Origin: Candidatus Obscuribacteraceae bacterium
GTDB taxonomy: Bacteria; Cyanobacteriota; Vampirovibrionia; Obscuribacterales; Obscuribacteraceae
Direction of reading: 5' to 3'
Length of the DNA: 64,000 nt
NCBI GenBank assembly: GCA_044229845.1
Contig: JBGASG010000002.1
Location: 224,001-288,000 of the forward strand
Made by a program: the position numbers and the translations under genes. Below are positions 46,992-56,711 of the stretch, piece by piece. The first letter of the stretch is position 1. Each line of letters starts with the position of its first letter. The notes under the pieces are model-generated. The model made no database searches, was not told the origin of the DNA, and saw only the letters and a list, made by a program, of their open reading frames with translations.

Positions 46992-49316
46992 TCAGGGACC
47001 AGACGCAGAGGCTTCCTTCGCTGGTGCATCCAATCCCGCGCGCGGGCTGGATGGTATTACTCCCAGTATCACGTCGTCGCCGTCCCAGTTTTTGATGATC
47101 ACCGGTGTCTGCAGCTTGGCGCGATCTCTGAGCACTTCTTCCTCGACCTTCTCGCGCAGATATGTGCAGGCATTGGACAGCGAAGTCTTGTCTCCCTGCT
47201 GGCGCAATCCTTCCAGCAAGCGGTAGGTGAAGACGCCGTTCTTGCTGGTGCGCGACTCCCACGACACCTGATCGGCGTCGCTGGATGCAATCAATACTTG
47301 CCCTTTGCCGAGCACCACGCCGTCGACATTGAACGGGCTGGCTGCCGCGGTGCGAGCCAGTCCCTTCTGCTCGTCGCTCTTCACGGCACCGGCATGGCAA
47401 ACATCCAGTACCAGCACGGTGCGATCGCAGTGCACCATTTTCTTGATGCTGCCGGTCAACCATTGCATGGGAATGCCCGAAAGTTCCAGGTTATCCATGG
47501 AGGTTTCGTAGGTGACAATCAGGTTGGAGCCCTTCGCCGTATCGGAAGGAGCGCTGCCATGGCTCGACATATATATCACGACGAGATCATCGGGTTTGGC
47601 CACGCGCCCCAGCCATCCGGTGCCGAGCGCATTGACGATGTTGTCGTGGGTGGCCTGTTCGTTGGTCAACAGTTTGACGTGGTCGGGCTGGAAGTGCGCC
47701 TCGCCGACCAGGTAATTGCGGAAGTCCGTGGCATCCTTGGCGGCATATTTGAGATTGAGTTCCGGGTCTTCGAACGAGCTGATACCGACAACGACCGCCC
47801 ACTTATCTTTGACCGGTCGATTGAGATCGGCGGACCGACCAATTTTGACCTGGGTGCCCGTGGTGTCCTCGGCGGTGGCAGAAGCGGTGGCGCTGGTGCC
47901 TGTGCCGGCGGCGGGGGCGGGGGCGGCGGATTTCTTCTCGGGCTCGACCAGCTTGCTGGAGCCGGGCAGCGCTTTCTTGATCACCAGTGACTGCCGCGAC
48001 AATTTGTCGGCTTCCGCTTGTTTGCCCTGGGCGGCGAGCACTCGCGAGAGGTTGTCGAGATCGGCGGCGATGGCTGGATCCGTGAAGCCGAGGCGCTCCT
48101 GATCTTTAGCCAGCACCTCGCGATACATAGACTCGGCGTCGATATAATTCTCGGTGGCGCGATAGGCGGCAGCCAGATCGTTCATCGATGAAACCAGACT
48201 GGAAGGCGCGATACCCGGAGTGTTCTGCTGTATCTTCAGCACGCGGTCGTAAATTAATTGCGCCTGGGCAAATTCCCGGCGGGTCCACGCGTGCTTGGCT
48301 TTGTTTCTCAACGGCACCACCATCGATGCATGATTCGGTCCGAACATGCCTTCAACCGTTTTCAAAACTCGGTCGTTGATCGCGTCAGCTTCGGCAACGT
48401 TGCTGCCCATGCCATCGTATTCGGTGACCAGGCAATTGAGGCTGTTCAGCGAAAACAATGTGTCGACGCCGTGCTCTTTCTCATTGATCGCCAGAGCACG
48501 CTTTGTAAGCGGCAACGCTTCGGCATACTTACCCTGTTCGATCAGCAATATCGCCAGGAAGTCCAGAAGCGGTCCGTTTTGATCGTTGTCGGCGCCGCGC
48601 GCTTTCTCATTGATAGCCAGAGCGTCTTTCAGAAGCTTGGTCGCTTCGGTGTATCTGATCTGCTCTTCATAGCGAATGCCGCGATGCAGCATGCACTGCA
48701 CTACTTTCACATCCGTGGGACCCAGTTTGGTTTCATAGATCTTCTGAGCGCGCAGGGAGGTGGTTTCGGCTTCCGCATATTTCTTTTGCTTGCCGTACAG
48801 ATCTGCCAGCGATGAAAGCATGCCGGCGACGGTGGTGCTGTCGCCACCCTCGGTTTTGGTAGCCATCCCGATCGCCTTGGTGAGGAGCGCTTCCGCCTCG
48901 GGATACTGGCGCTGCCCGCTATAAACTCCGGCCAGGCTGGCGACCACCATCGCCGCATTGACCGAGCCGGCGCCGTATTCTTTTTCGCAGACAGCCAGTT
49001 CCTTTTTGTAGTTGGCTTCGGCTTCGGCGTATTTGTTTTCTTGCAGCAAGACCAGCGACAGCATCTCCATGATCACGCAGCGCTGTCCAGCTTTCACCGT
49101 CGGTTCTTCTTCGGCCGACTTGAGCGCCGAGGTCAGAAGTTTTTCCGCTTCCTGATAGTTGCCCTTGCCGAAAGCCATCATGCCTTCCTTCATGAAGGTG
49201 TTCCACATCGCCTCCTGCGCGTGCGCGGCAGGCAAGTATGCGGAAGGCGGCGAGGGCGAAAACCAGGGCAGCGTCAGGGACATAGACAAAGCGGCAAGCA
49301 CAAAACGTCTGACCAT
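46992..49316 (-). CDS. Secreted TPR-repeat protein with C-terminal caspase-family (C14) domain
   Basis: Signal peptide, kinesin-light-chain-type TPRs, KWAVVVGI, MSSHGS, LDVCHAG and NGVFT motifs. Confidence 0.9.
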   Translation of the reverse strand: MVRRFVLAALSMSLTLPWFSPSPPSAYLPAAHAQEAMWNTFMKEGMMAFGKGNYQEAEKLLTSALKSAEEEPTVKAGQRCVIMEMLSLVLLQENKYAEAEANYKKELAVCEKEYGAGSVNAAMVVASLAGVYSGQRQYPEAEALLTKAIGMATKTEGGDSTTVAGMLSSLADLYGKQKKYAEAETTSLRAQKIYETKLGPTDVKVVQCMLHRGIRYEEQIRYTEATKLLKDALAINEKARGADNDQNGPLLDFLAILLIEQGKYAEALPLTKRALAINEKEHGVDTLFSLNSLNCLVTEYDGMGSNVAEADAINDRVLKTVEGMFGPNHASMVVPLRNKAKHAWTRREFAQAQLIYDRVLKIQQNTPGIAPSSLVSSMNDLAAAYRATENYIDAESMYREVLAKDQERLGFTDPAIAADLDNLSRVLAAQGKQAEADKLSRQSLVIKKALPGSSKLVEPEKKSAAPAPAAGTGTSATASATAEDTTGTQVKIGRSADLNRPVKDKWAVVVGISSFEDPELNLKYAAKDATDFRNYLVGEAHFQPDHVKLLTNEQATHDNIVNALGTGWLGRVAKPDDLVVIYMSSHGSAPSDTAKGSNLIVTYETSMDNLELSGIPMQWLTGSIKKMVHCDRTVLVLDVCHAGAVKSDEQKGLARTAAASPFNVDGVVLGKGQVLIASSDADQVSWESRTSKNGVFTYRLLEGLRQQGDKTSLSNACTYLREKVEEEVLRDRAKLQTPVIIKNWDGDDVILGVIPSSPRAGLDAPAKEASASGP

Positions 49317-49581
49317 GCTGCGGCGACTCCGTGTCTGGGGATTAGTGTATTAGCCTCTCTCCATTGTCGGACACGGCGGCGCAAAGCGGTCCTATATATA
49401 ACGAAATTTACCGTCCGTGTAGCCTAATGACTTCCTGGCAAGCGGCGGGCAGTGGCGGGCAAGGCGTCGCGGCAAGGCAGCGTTCGCCTCCGGGGTGATC
49501 AAACAGACGTTCGACGCCTCAGGAAACCGCGGATGATAACTGGGATAATGCAGGGATGCTGGGCATGATCGGGTATCGGCG

Positions 49582-50598
49582 ATGAATCTATTGATTCTTG
49601 GTGGCACAGTTTTCCTGGGGCGGCATCTGGTTTCGGCGGCGAGAGCGGCTGGTCACACAGTGACGACGTTCAATCGCGGAACCAACAAATTGCCCGAGCA
49701 GGCATCCGCCGACTTGGAAAAGGTAACCGGTGACCGCAATCAGAACGCCGACCTGGCTCGTCTTGCCGGCGCCGGCAAAACCTGGGATGCGGTCATCGAT
49801 ACATGCGGCTACACACCGCCTGCGGTGGCGGCATCGGCGACGGCTCTCAAGGACTGTGCCGGAAAGTATGTTTTCATCTCGAGCATTTCGGTATACCAGG
49901 ACTTTCGCCAGACCGGCATGGACGAAACCGCTCCGCTGCGCAAGAAACCCATTGACGGCGAGGACGATTACGGCTCACTAAAGGCTGCGTGCGAAACCGC
50001 AGTCAGCCGGGTCTACGGCGACAACGCTATCTGCGTGCGGGCCGGTTTGATAGTCGGTCCATTTGATTCGACAGATCGATTCACCTATTGGCCGGGACGG
50101 GTGGCGGCAGGCGGGAAGGTTCTGGCGCCGGGCAATCCGGATCGGCGGGTGCAGTTTATTGATGTTCGCGACCTGTCCGATTGGATTTTGCGGGTGGTGG
50201 CAAGTGAAGGTTCCGGAGCCTACAATGCCACCGGTCCGAACTTTCCCCTTTCTATGGATCACTTTCTGGATGAGTGCAAGGCGGCTACCGAAAGTGATGC
50301 GGAGTTTGTCTGGCTATCCGACGAAGAGCTGACCGCGGCCGGCGTCGAAGACTGGACGCAGCTGCCTCTCTGGCTGCCGGAATCGAATGAAGACTTTCGT
50401 GGTTTCATGAGCATCGACTGCACCAAGGCTCACGTTGCCGAATTGACCTATCGCCCGCTTGCCGATACCATCCGCGACACGCTCACCTGGGATCGCACCC
50501 GCGACGCCGCGCTGCAGCGCAAAGCCGGCTTGCCGCCGCAGCGCGAAACCGAACTCCTGACGGCCCATGCCGCCGCGGCGTCCGCTCAAATCTCCTGA
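49582..50598 (+). CDS. NAD-dependent epimerase/dehydratase family protein
   Basis: ILGGTVFLG, FNRG, ISSISVY, YGSLK and DRFTYW motifs. Confidence 0.9.
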   Translation: MNLLILGGTVFLGRHLVSAARAAGHTVTTFNRGTNKLPEQASADLEKVTGDRNQNADLARLAGAGKTWDAVIDTCGYTPPAVAASATALKDCAGKYVFISSISVYQDFRQTGMDETAPLRKKPIDGEDDYGSLKAACETAVSRVYGDNAICVRAGLIVGPFDSTDRFTYWPGRVAAGGKVLAPGNPDRRVQFIDVRDLSDWILRVVASEGSGAYNATGPNFPLSMDHFLDECKAATESDAEFVWLSDEELTAAGVEDWTQLPLWLPESNEDFRGFMSIDCTKAHVAELTYRPLADTIRDTLTWDRTRDAALQRKAGLPPQRETELLTAHAAAASAQIS

Positions 50599-51281
50599 TG
50601 ACTGGCGACCTTTCTATGAATGGCTTCGCTGTGCAGCACGCGGTGGTGGCGCCCGAGCAATTGACGTCGCTGTTGACACAAGTCGAACCGCTGCGCGCGC
50701 GCGGCGAATCAGAAGCGGGAATGCGCCTGCTGCTGCAACGTTCGGAGGCGGTGCGCCACTTCGCTTATTCAGATAAGCTTTCGTCCATGGCGCGAAGTGC
50801 ATTGGGCGAGGGAGTTCCAAAACCGGTCCGCGCGATACTGTTTGACAAGACGCCCAATTCTAACTGGTATGTAACCTGGCATCAGGATGTCACAATCGCG
50901 GTCAAGGAGCGCATTGATGTTCCCGGTTACGGACCGTGGTCCATCAAATCAGGTGTGCACCACGTGCAACCGCCGGCGGCGGTGCTACAAAATATGGTGG
51001 CACTGCGCATACATATAGATGATTCGCCCCTGGAGAACGGACCGATCAATTTCATCCCCGAGTCGCACCGGCTGGGCATTCTCGATCCGCAATCGATCGC
51101 CGAACTGCGCACACAACGCCAGTCTGTGTCCGTTCCAGCCGCGGCCGGCGACATCATTTTGATGAAACCGCTGATCCTGCACAGCTCACCTGTTTCTTCC
51201 AATCCCGCGCATCGCCGCGTTCTGCACATCGAGTACGCCGCATACGATCTGCCCGCCGGACTACAATGGACCGAGGCGTAA
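50598..51281 (+). CDS. Phytanoyl-CoA dioxygenase (PhyH) family Fe(II)/2OG protein
   Basis: FDKTP..NW.V.WHQD, LILHSS and RRVLHIEY motifs. Confidence 0.9.
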   Translation: MTGDLSMNGFAVQHAVVAPEQLTSLLTQVEPLRARGESEAGMRLLLQRSEAVRHFAYSDKLSSMARSALGEGVPKPVRAILFDKTPNSNWYVTWHQDVTIAVKERIDVPGYGPWSIKSGVHHVQPPAAVLQNMVALRIHIDDSPLENGPINFIPESHRLGILDPQSIAELRTQRQSVSVPAAAGDIILMKPLILHSSPVSSNPAHRRVLHIEYAAYDLPAGLQWTEA

Positions 51282-51323
51282 CGGCTGAGGAAAGCGACTG
51301 ACGCATAGCGACCGAGGCATAAA

Positions 51324-51872
51324 ATGGGACTGGACACCGTTGAACTGGTAATGGCTATCGAACAAGAATTCGGCATCGAGATTCCCGACCCAGATGCCGA
51401 ACGAATGATCACCGTAGGCGATGTGTACGAATACCTGAAGACCAGGTTGAAGAGCGAACCCGTCGAAGGCTGCCTACGCCAACGCATCTTCTATAAACTG
51501 CGTCGCGCCGTAATTGAGAACTACAACCTTCCCCGAGAGGCGTTGTCACCCGACACGTGTTTGAGCGAAATCATGTATTTCAAACATGTCGAGGAAGGGT
51601 GGCCGTTTCTTCAAATGTTCATCGACTTGAGGATTCCGCAATTTCAGTCGAGGGACGAATTTCTGGGCTGGCACGTTTCCGACAAGACGCTCAAGTTGCG
51701 CGACATTGTGGATCAGTTGGTTTCACTAAATAAGGATCAGCTGGGCGCGGCAGCAAACAGTGACGAATCAATTTGGCAACGCCTCGTCACTGTAACCGTC
51801 AATCAGTTGAACGTGACGCGCGACCAGGTGATACCATCCGCATCCTTCACCCGGGATCTCGGCGCAGATTAG
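51324..51872 (+). CDS. Circularly permuted acyl-carrier-protein-like protein lacking the Ppant serine
   Basis: Starts [22 protein letters not shown] (ACP helices II-IV) and ends ...[22 protein letters not shown] (ACP helix I and loop). Confidence 0.8.
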   Translation: MGLDTVELVMAIEQEFGIEIPDPDAERMITVGDVYEYLKTRLKSEPVEGCLRQRIFYKLRRAVIENYNLPREALSPDTCLSEIMYFKHVEEGWPFLQMFIDLRIPQFQSRDEFLGWHVSDKTLKLRDIVDQLVSLNKDQLGAAANSDESIWQRLVTVTVNQLNVTRDQVIPSASFTRDLGAD

Positions 51873-52179
51873 CCGAACGCCAGGTCCGAACTGACACAAA
51901 GCCAGCCGAACCCAGGTTCAGCTAAACATCAGGTCCCCACTAAATCGAGCAGTCAAACATCACCAGACAGCGAGCATTGCGCTCGTTGCTCCTGGTTCAA
52001 TTTGATGCACGCCGTGTGTATCTATATCTACACCGCACGTCGAGATTCTGGACGGTCCCAATCATTATTTTTGGGGTACTTGTCAAGAGCTTGCGATTGG
52101 TCACGTTTGTGGTCAGGTTGGCGTGCGCGGGCGCCCAAATTCGGGGGCGCTGCGAGATAATGTGAGGCGAGGTGATAAC

Positions 52180-52851
52180 ATGAGCGCCAGCACACAACTG
52201 AGTGCGGAAACGATTGCCATGGCCGACGAGCTATGCGACATCGGCGCAACTTTCTATGGGAAGAACTGGTCGCTGGCGACCAGCAGCAACTATAGTTCCG
52301 TCGTCGCGCGACAACCGCTCGCGCTTCTGATGACAGCCAGCGGCATGCACAAAGGCAATCTGTCGCGTCGCGACTTCGTCATCGTTGACGATCAATGTCG
52401 AATCGTGTCGGCGCTTGATCGAGGCGCATCCACTGCACATCAAGCAAGCGCAGACGCGTTGAAGCCTTCCGCCGAAGCCGCCTTGCACGTGCAGATAGCG
52501 CGGCTCACCGGCGCCGGATCGATACTGCACACGCACTCGATGTTTGGCACACTGGTTTCGCAGAAGTTGGTGTCGGCAGGACAACTGAAGATACGCGGAC
52601 TCGAGATGCTCAAAGCCCTGCCTGGAATCACAACGCACGACACGGAAATCGCGGTGCCGATCTTCGAAAATACGCAGGACATCAAGGGACTCGCGGATCG
52701 ACTGACGAAGGAAACACTCACCGCGTCCTCAGGATTTCTCATTGCCGGGCACGGGCTGTACACGTGGGGCACCACCATTCAGGATGCGCGTCGGCATGTC
52801 GAGGCGCTCGAGTTCTTGATTGAGTATGTCTGGCATCGGGGAGAGTTTTGA
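52180..52851 (+). CDS. mtnB: Methylthioribulose-1-phosphate dehydratase
   Basis: ATSSNYS, TASG..KG, KPSAE..LH, LHTHS and GHGLYTWG motifs; operon context. Confidence 0.9.
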   Translation: MSASTQLSAETIAMADELCDIGATFYGKNWSLATSSNYSSVVARQPLALLMTASGMHKGNLSRRDFVIVDDQCRIVSALDRGASTAHQASADALKPSAEAALHVQIARLTGAGSILHTHSMFGTLVSQKLVSAGQLKIRGLEMLKALPGITTHDTEIAVPIFENTQDIKGLADRLTKETLTASSGFLIAGHGLYTWGTTIQDARRHVEALEFLIEYVWHRGEF

Positions 52852-52852
52852 A

Positions 52853-53434
52853 GTGGCGCGCGTACATATTCCTGCATCCGCAATGACGATTGAAGACAGC
52901 GAAGCAATCGCGGAATTCCTGGCGCCGCATCACATCACATACGAGTTCTGGCCTGTAGCGGGGCGACTGACTGATGGTGCCACAGATGCGCAAATACTCG
53001 ACGAGTACGCATCCGAAATCGAAACTTTGAAGAAACGCGGCGGCTACGTCACAGCCGACGTCATCAACGTGACACCAGAAACACCCGGTCTGGACGCCAT
53101 GCTCGATAAGTTCAACAAAGAGCACACGCACAGTGAAGACGAGGTTCGCTTCGTGGTGGCCGGTTCAGGCATTTTCCACATTCACAGCGGCACAGACGGG
53201 ACTGTCTTCTCCATTGAAATGATGTCCGGCGATTTGATCAACGTTCCGGCCGGCACGCGTCACTGGTTTAACCTCTGCAAAGAAAAAGCCATCAAGACAA
53301 TCCGCCTGTTTCAGGAGACAACTGGCTGGAGTCCTCAATATGTCGACGCACCGGTGCACGGAAGCTACGAACCGCTGTGTTTCGGTCCAACCTACTCGCC
53401 AATCCGGCGCGCCTCATCGGTGATCAATCCCTGA
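52853..53434 (+). CDS. mtnD: Acireductone dioxygenase (cupin)
   Basis: GYVTADVI, EHTHSEDEVRF, VPAGTRHWF and IRLF motifs. Confidence 0.92.
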   Translation: MARVHIPASAMTIEDSEAIAEFLAPHHITYEFWPVAGRLTDGATDAQILDEYASEIETLKKRGGYVTADVINVTPETPGLDAMLDKFNKEHTHSEDEVRFVVAGSGIFHIHSGTDGTVFSIEMMSGDLINVPAGTRHWFNLCKEKAIKTIRLFQETTGWSPQYVDAPVHGSYEPLCFGPTYSPIRRASSVINP

Positions 53435-53435
53435 A

Positions 53436-54176
53436 ATGCTACACTTCGCGGTTGACTTAGTTCTGCTCGACATAGAAGGCACAACGTCGCCTGTAGACTT
53501 TGTCTACCGCATTCTGTTTCCGTTCGCGCGCAAGCGGATGGACGAGTTCCTGCGCGCAACTCGCAACGAGCCGACAACTCGCGACGCCTGCAAACAGCTA
53601 GCGCGCGACATAGATCGCGTCGACCTCGTTGAACAAATCGACTCATCTATCGATCAGGCGTTGCCGGAACTAACCAAAGAAGCACTGGCGCTCATGGACG
53701 TAGATTCCAAAACAACCGGGCTGAAGGAAATTCAGGGTCTAATCTGGAAGCAAGGCTACACGTCCGGCGCATTGCGTTCGCAACTATTTTCAGATGTGCC
53801 ATCCGCATTGCAGAGATGGACTGATGACGGACTGAAGGTAGCCATCTACTCCTCAGGCAGCAGCACCGCACAAGAGGTCTTCTTCCAACACACTGAATTT
53901 GGAGACCTGACGAAGTTCCTGGTCGGCTTTTACGACACCACATTTGGTGCCAAGCGTGAAACAGAGAGCTACAAAGCCATAGCCCGTCACCTGCAAATCG
54001 ACACAGAACACATCCTCTTCGTCAGCGACGTAGGCGCGGAACTGCAGGCAGCCAGGCAAAGCGGCATGTCCACAGTCCTTTGCATCCGCTCAGGCTACAA
54101 ACCAAGTGAAGGCGATGACCAATTCGCTCCTGTCAACTCGTTCGATGAAATGCGAATTCGCAAAGTCACCACCTGA
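53436..54176 (+). CDS. mtnC: Enolase-phosphatase E1 (acireductone synthase)
   Basis: LDIEGTT, LFPFA, D.K.TGLK.IQGLIW..GY, IYSSGS and ILFVSD motifs. Confidence 0.92.
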   Translation: MLHFAVDLVLLDIEGTTSPVDFVYRILFPFARKRMDEFLRATRNEPTTRDACKQLARDIDRVDLVEQIDSSIDQALPELTKEALALMDVDSKTTGLKEIQGLIWKQGYTSGALRSQLFSDVPSALQRWTDDGLKVAIYSSGSSTAQEVFFQHTEFGDLTKFLVGFYDTTFGAKRETESYKAIARHLQIDTEHILFVSDVGAELQAARQSGMSTVLCIRSGYKPSEGDDQFAPVNSFDEMRIRKVTT

Positions 54177-54196
54177 TCTCAAGCACCCCTTTTTAT

Positions 54197-54369
54197 AAAA
54201 CCCAAAGCGATATCGTTTGACGTTGGCGCCCCAAGCTGAAGTGATATCACTTTAGTTTGGACAAGGCGCGGCCCATGGAATGGGCGTTTCGGGGAATTGC
54301 TCAAGCGATATCGTTTGAGTTTTGAGGTCGATTCGGGATACGATGGTCTTTTTACCCGGATAAAAAGAT
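54197..54369. repeat. Dispersed ~170-bp palindromic element, copy B
   Basis: GATATC cores at 54209, 54243 and 54307 and ACCCGG at 54354; spacing 34/64/47 is the same as in copy A. Confidence 0.9.
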
Positions 54370-54430
54370 GAGTCCAAGGACTTTTACCCGGGTAAAAGTA
54401 TGCTACCATGGCCTTTTACCCGGGTAAAAG
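54347..54430. promoter_or_regulatory. Three TTTTACCCGG(G/A)TAAAA palindromes at an exact 32-bp period upstream of the DUF2239 gene
   Basis: ACCCGG cores at 54354, 54386 and 54418. Confidence 0.8.
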
Positions 54431-54470
54431 TCGGGCATGAGAAGAGCTAGTCTGAAAACAGGAGTCCGCT

Positions 54471-55130
54471 ATGAACCACATGCTTCGAGATAGGCACTGC
54501 ACGGCGTTTGCTGGTTCAAGGTGCATCGCGAGCGGTCGACTGGAGGAGGTCGTCCGGGTGACCAAGGAAGCAATCGATGCCAACGATCCCGATCCTATAT
54601 ATATCTTCGACGACGATAGCGAACTGGTTGAGATCGATTTCCGAGGTTCGGTCAGCGCCGTTGTCAATCGAATCCGTAAAGCGGCCGCGGCTATAGAACA
54701 AGAGAACACCGGAGGAGCGGCGGATACGAAGGACGGCAAATCAGGGACAAGCAAACGCAAGTCCGGTTCAGCCGTCGAGAGCGAGAGCAGCAGCGGGCTG
54801 GGACGCCCAAAGCTGGGAGTAGTGGCACGCGAGGTGACGCTGTTACCGCGACATTGGGAGTGGCTTAACAGCCAACCGGGCGGAGCATCGGTGACATTGC
54901 GAAAACTGGTTGAACAGGCTCGCAAAGCCAATGATGGCGGGAATGAACTCAGGAAAGCGCGCGAAGTGACCTACAAATTCATGTCTGCTATGGCAGGAAA
55001 CGAACGCGGCTTCGAGGAAGCGACGAGAGCTCTGTTCGCCGGCGACCAGGGCGGCTTCAATCAGCACATGGAGAAGTGGCCCAAGGACATTCGCCATCAC
55101 GCGCAGAAGCTCGCGTCCACATGCTTCTAA
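54471..55130 (+). CDS. DUF2239 family protein
   Basis: TAFAG.R.IASG, IFDD, GRPKLGVVAREVTLLPRHWEWL..QPGGASVTLRKLV and FEEATRALFAGD motifs. Confidence 0.9.
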   Translation: MNHMLRDRHCTAFAGSRCIASGRLEEVVRVTKEAIDANDPDPIYIFDDDSELVEIDFRGSVSAVVNRIRKAAAAIEQENTGGAADTKDGKSGTSKRKSGSAVESESSSGLGRPKLGVVAREVTLLPRHWEWLNSQPGGASVTLRKLVEQARKANDGGNELRKAREVTYKFMSAMAGNERGFEEATRALFAGDQGGFNQHMEKWPKDIRHHAQKLASTCF

Positions 55131-55189
55131 GCAATGTCGCGTGCGTCAGGTAGAATGAAATCTGTGGGACTCGATTCGTTGGATATGCC

Positions 55190-55840
55190 ATGAAGAAACT
55201 GCTGGTCTGGAGCTTGCTGCCCGCGTTCACTATTGTCTTGTACTCAGGACAGTCGGAAGCGGCGCCGGGCGCCCAAGCTGATCCGGGCGCCAAAGCTGAT
55301 CCGAACGCCAAGGCGGTTGCGAGCACCAAGGACGCGAAGGGCGTGAAGGCCGCGAAGGAAGTCGCTCCGCAGAAACTCGAACGTGCCTTTTTCGCGCTCG
55401 GCTGTTTCTGGAAATCGCAACACGTGTTCAGTAAGGTACCAGGGGTGGTGCGCACACGAGTTGGTTATTCCGGCGGCAAGCCGGCTAATCCGTCATACGA
55501 ACAGGTGTGCACGCACACAACCGGACACGCGGAAGTGGTAGAGGTAGAGTTCGATCCGAAGAAGGTCAGCTACGAACAACTATTGAAGGTGTTCTGGAGC
55601 AATCACGATCCGACAACGTTGAATCGCCAGGGCGTGGACATTGGTGATCAATATCGTTCGGCAGTTTTCTACACTACTCCAGAACAGCTGCTCGAAGCCA
55701 TCAAGGTGCGGAAGGAACTGACGGATGCGCACAAATATATGCGCCCGATTGTCACCGACATCAAGCCAGCCGGACCGTTTTATCCGGCGGAAGATTATCA
55801 TCAGGACTATTTCAAGAAACACGGAGCCGCCTGCTTCTAG
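55190..55840 (+). CDS. msrA: Peptide-methionine (S)-S-oxide reductase with signal peptide
   Basis: GCFW, GYSGG, Y..VC...TGHAE, HDPTTLNRQG.D.G.QYRS and AEDYHQ motifs. Confidence 0.95.
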   Translation: MKKLLVWSLLPAFTIVLYSGQSEAAPGAQADPGAKADPNAKAVASTKDAKGVKAAKEVAPQKLERAFFALGCFWKSQHVFSKVPGVVRTRVGYSGGKPANPSYEQVCTHTTGHAEVVEVEFDPKKVSYEQLLKVFWSNHDPTTLNRQGVDIGDQYRSAVFYTTPEQLLEAIKVRKELTDAHKYMRPIVTDIKPAGPFYPAEDYHQDYFKKHGAACF

Positions 55841-55868
55841 CGCGACGCGGTTGGCGCGACGCGGTGCG

Positions 55869-56711
55869 CTAAGGTATGACGACGCCGAATTTTTCGCGCA
55901 GGAAGATTTTGTAAGCGGCATCATCCAGCTCGTGCTGCTCGGTGCTGCCATCGGGAAATGTGCGCGTGAATCGGCGATCCATTAGTTCCATTTTGCCGTC
56001 CGGCTGATCCATCACGATCAACGGGTGCTTGAGAAATGGCGACTCGGGGGACGTTGTGTGGTACCTGCACATCCCGAGAAAGTCATTGTACTGGCGCGGT
56101 ACCAACTTGAATCGATAGGCGGGGCGCCAGTCCTCAAGATATTTGCGTCGCATCAAGATGACGTAATCATCTTCATCGATGAACTTGTAGGATTCCACTT
56201 CTTGTTCTTGTTTCTCGCGACTGTCGAGCAACAATGGATGGCGAAATCCGATTCCAAAGCCAACATCAGCGAGCCAGCGCTGTTCGAGTTCCACCAGCAA
56301 GGTCAAGTGATCGAATTCGGGTCCATAGCTCTCGTCGCTTTTGTGTTTGACGCCGGCGGAGAGCAACGTCACCTGGTAACCCAGCTCTTTGAGCAAACGG
56401 CTGAACAAACCATTTAGCTCGTAGCAGAAGCCACCGCGCCGCTGCTCGACTATTTTGCGATAGAGTTGCTCGGGTTCCAGGCTTATGGCCAGATTGTTGT
56501 GGATGTTGAGATTCTCGAACGGAACAGAGAATAGATGCGCCTGGTGCAGTGCATCTAGAGTCTCGGCTGTCGGCTCGAGCGATCCTATATATGAGATGCG
56601 GTCGAGGTATCGCTCCACGTCGAGCGCCGGTACGGATGACTCGGGTGATACGGATGACTCGGAGTCCGGCTTCGCACCGGAAGCCCGCCTGCGATCATTC
56701 GTTTCAGACAT
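55869..56711 (-). CDS. Arylamine N-acetyltransferase
   Basis: VPFENL, RRGGFCYELN (Cys), DHL (His) and DVGFG (Asp) triad motifs. Confidence 0.93.
   Translation of the reverse strand: MSETNDRRRASGAKPDSESSVSPESSVPALDVERYLDRISYIGSLEPTAETLDALHQAHLFSVPFENLNIHNNLAISLEPEQLYRKIVEQRRGGFCYELNGLFSRLLKELGYQVTLLSAGVKHKSDESYGPEFDHLTLLVELEQRWLADVGFGIGFRHPLLLDSREKQEQEVESYKFIDEDDYVILMRRKYLEDWRPAYRFKLVPRQYNDFLGMCRYHTTSPESPFLKHPLIVMDQPDGKMELMDRRFTRTFPDGSTEQHELDDAAYKIFLREKFGVVIP

Noticed and set aside
51871..52180. Degenerate short repeats (AGCCGAAC, CAGGT, AAACATCA) and a possible SAM riboswitch upstream of mtnB
   Set aside because: The repeats are too irregular and I could not recognise a SAM-riboswitch consensus.
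54197..54430. Possible CRISPR array
   Set aside because: Units are heterogeneous palindromes with ~12-16 bp spacers, and no cas genes are in the window.
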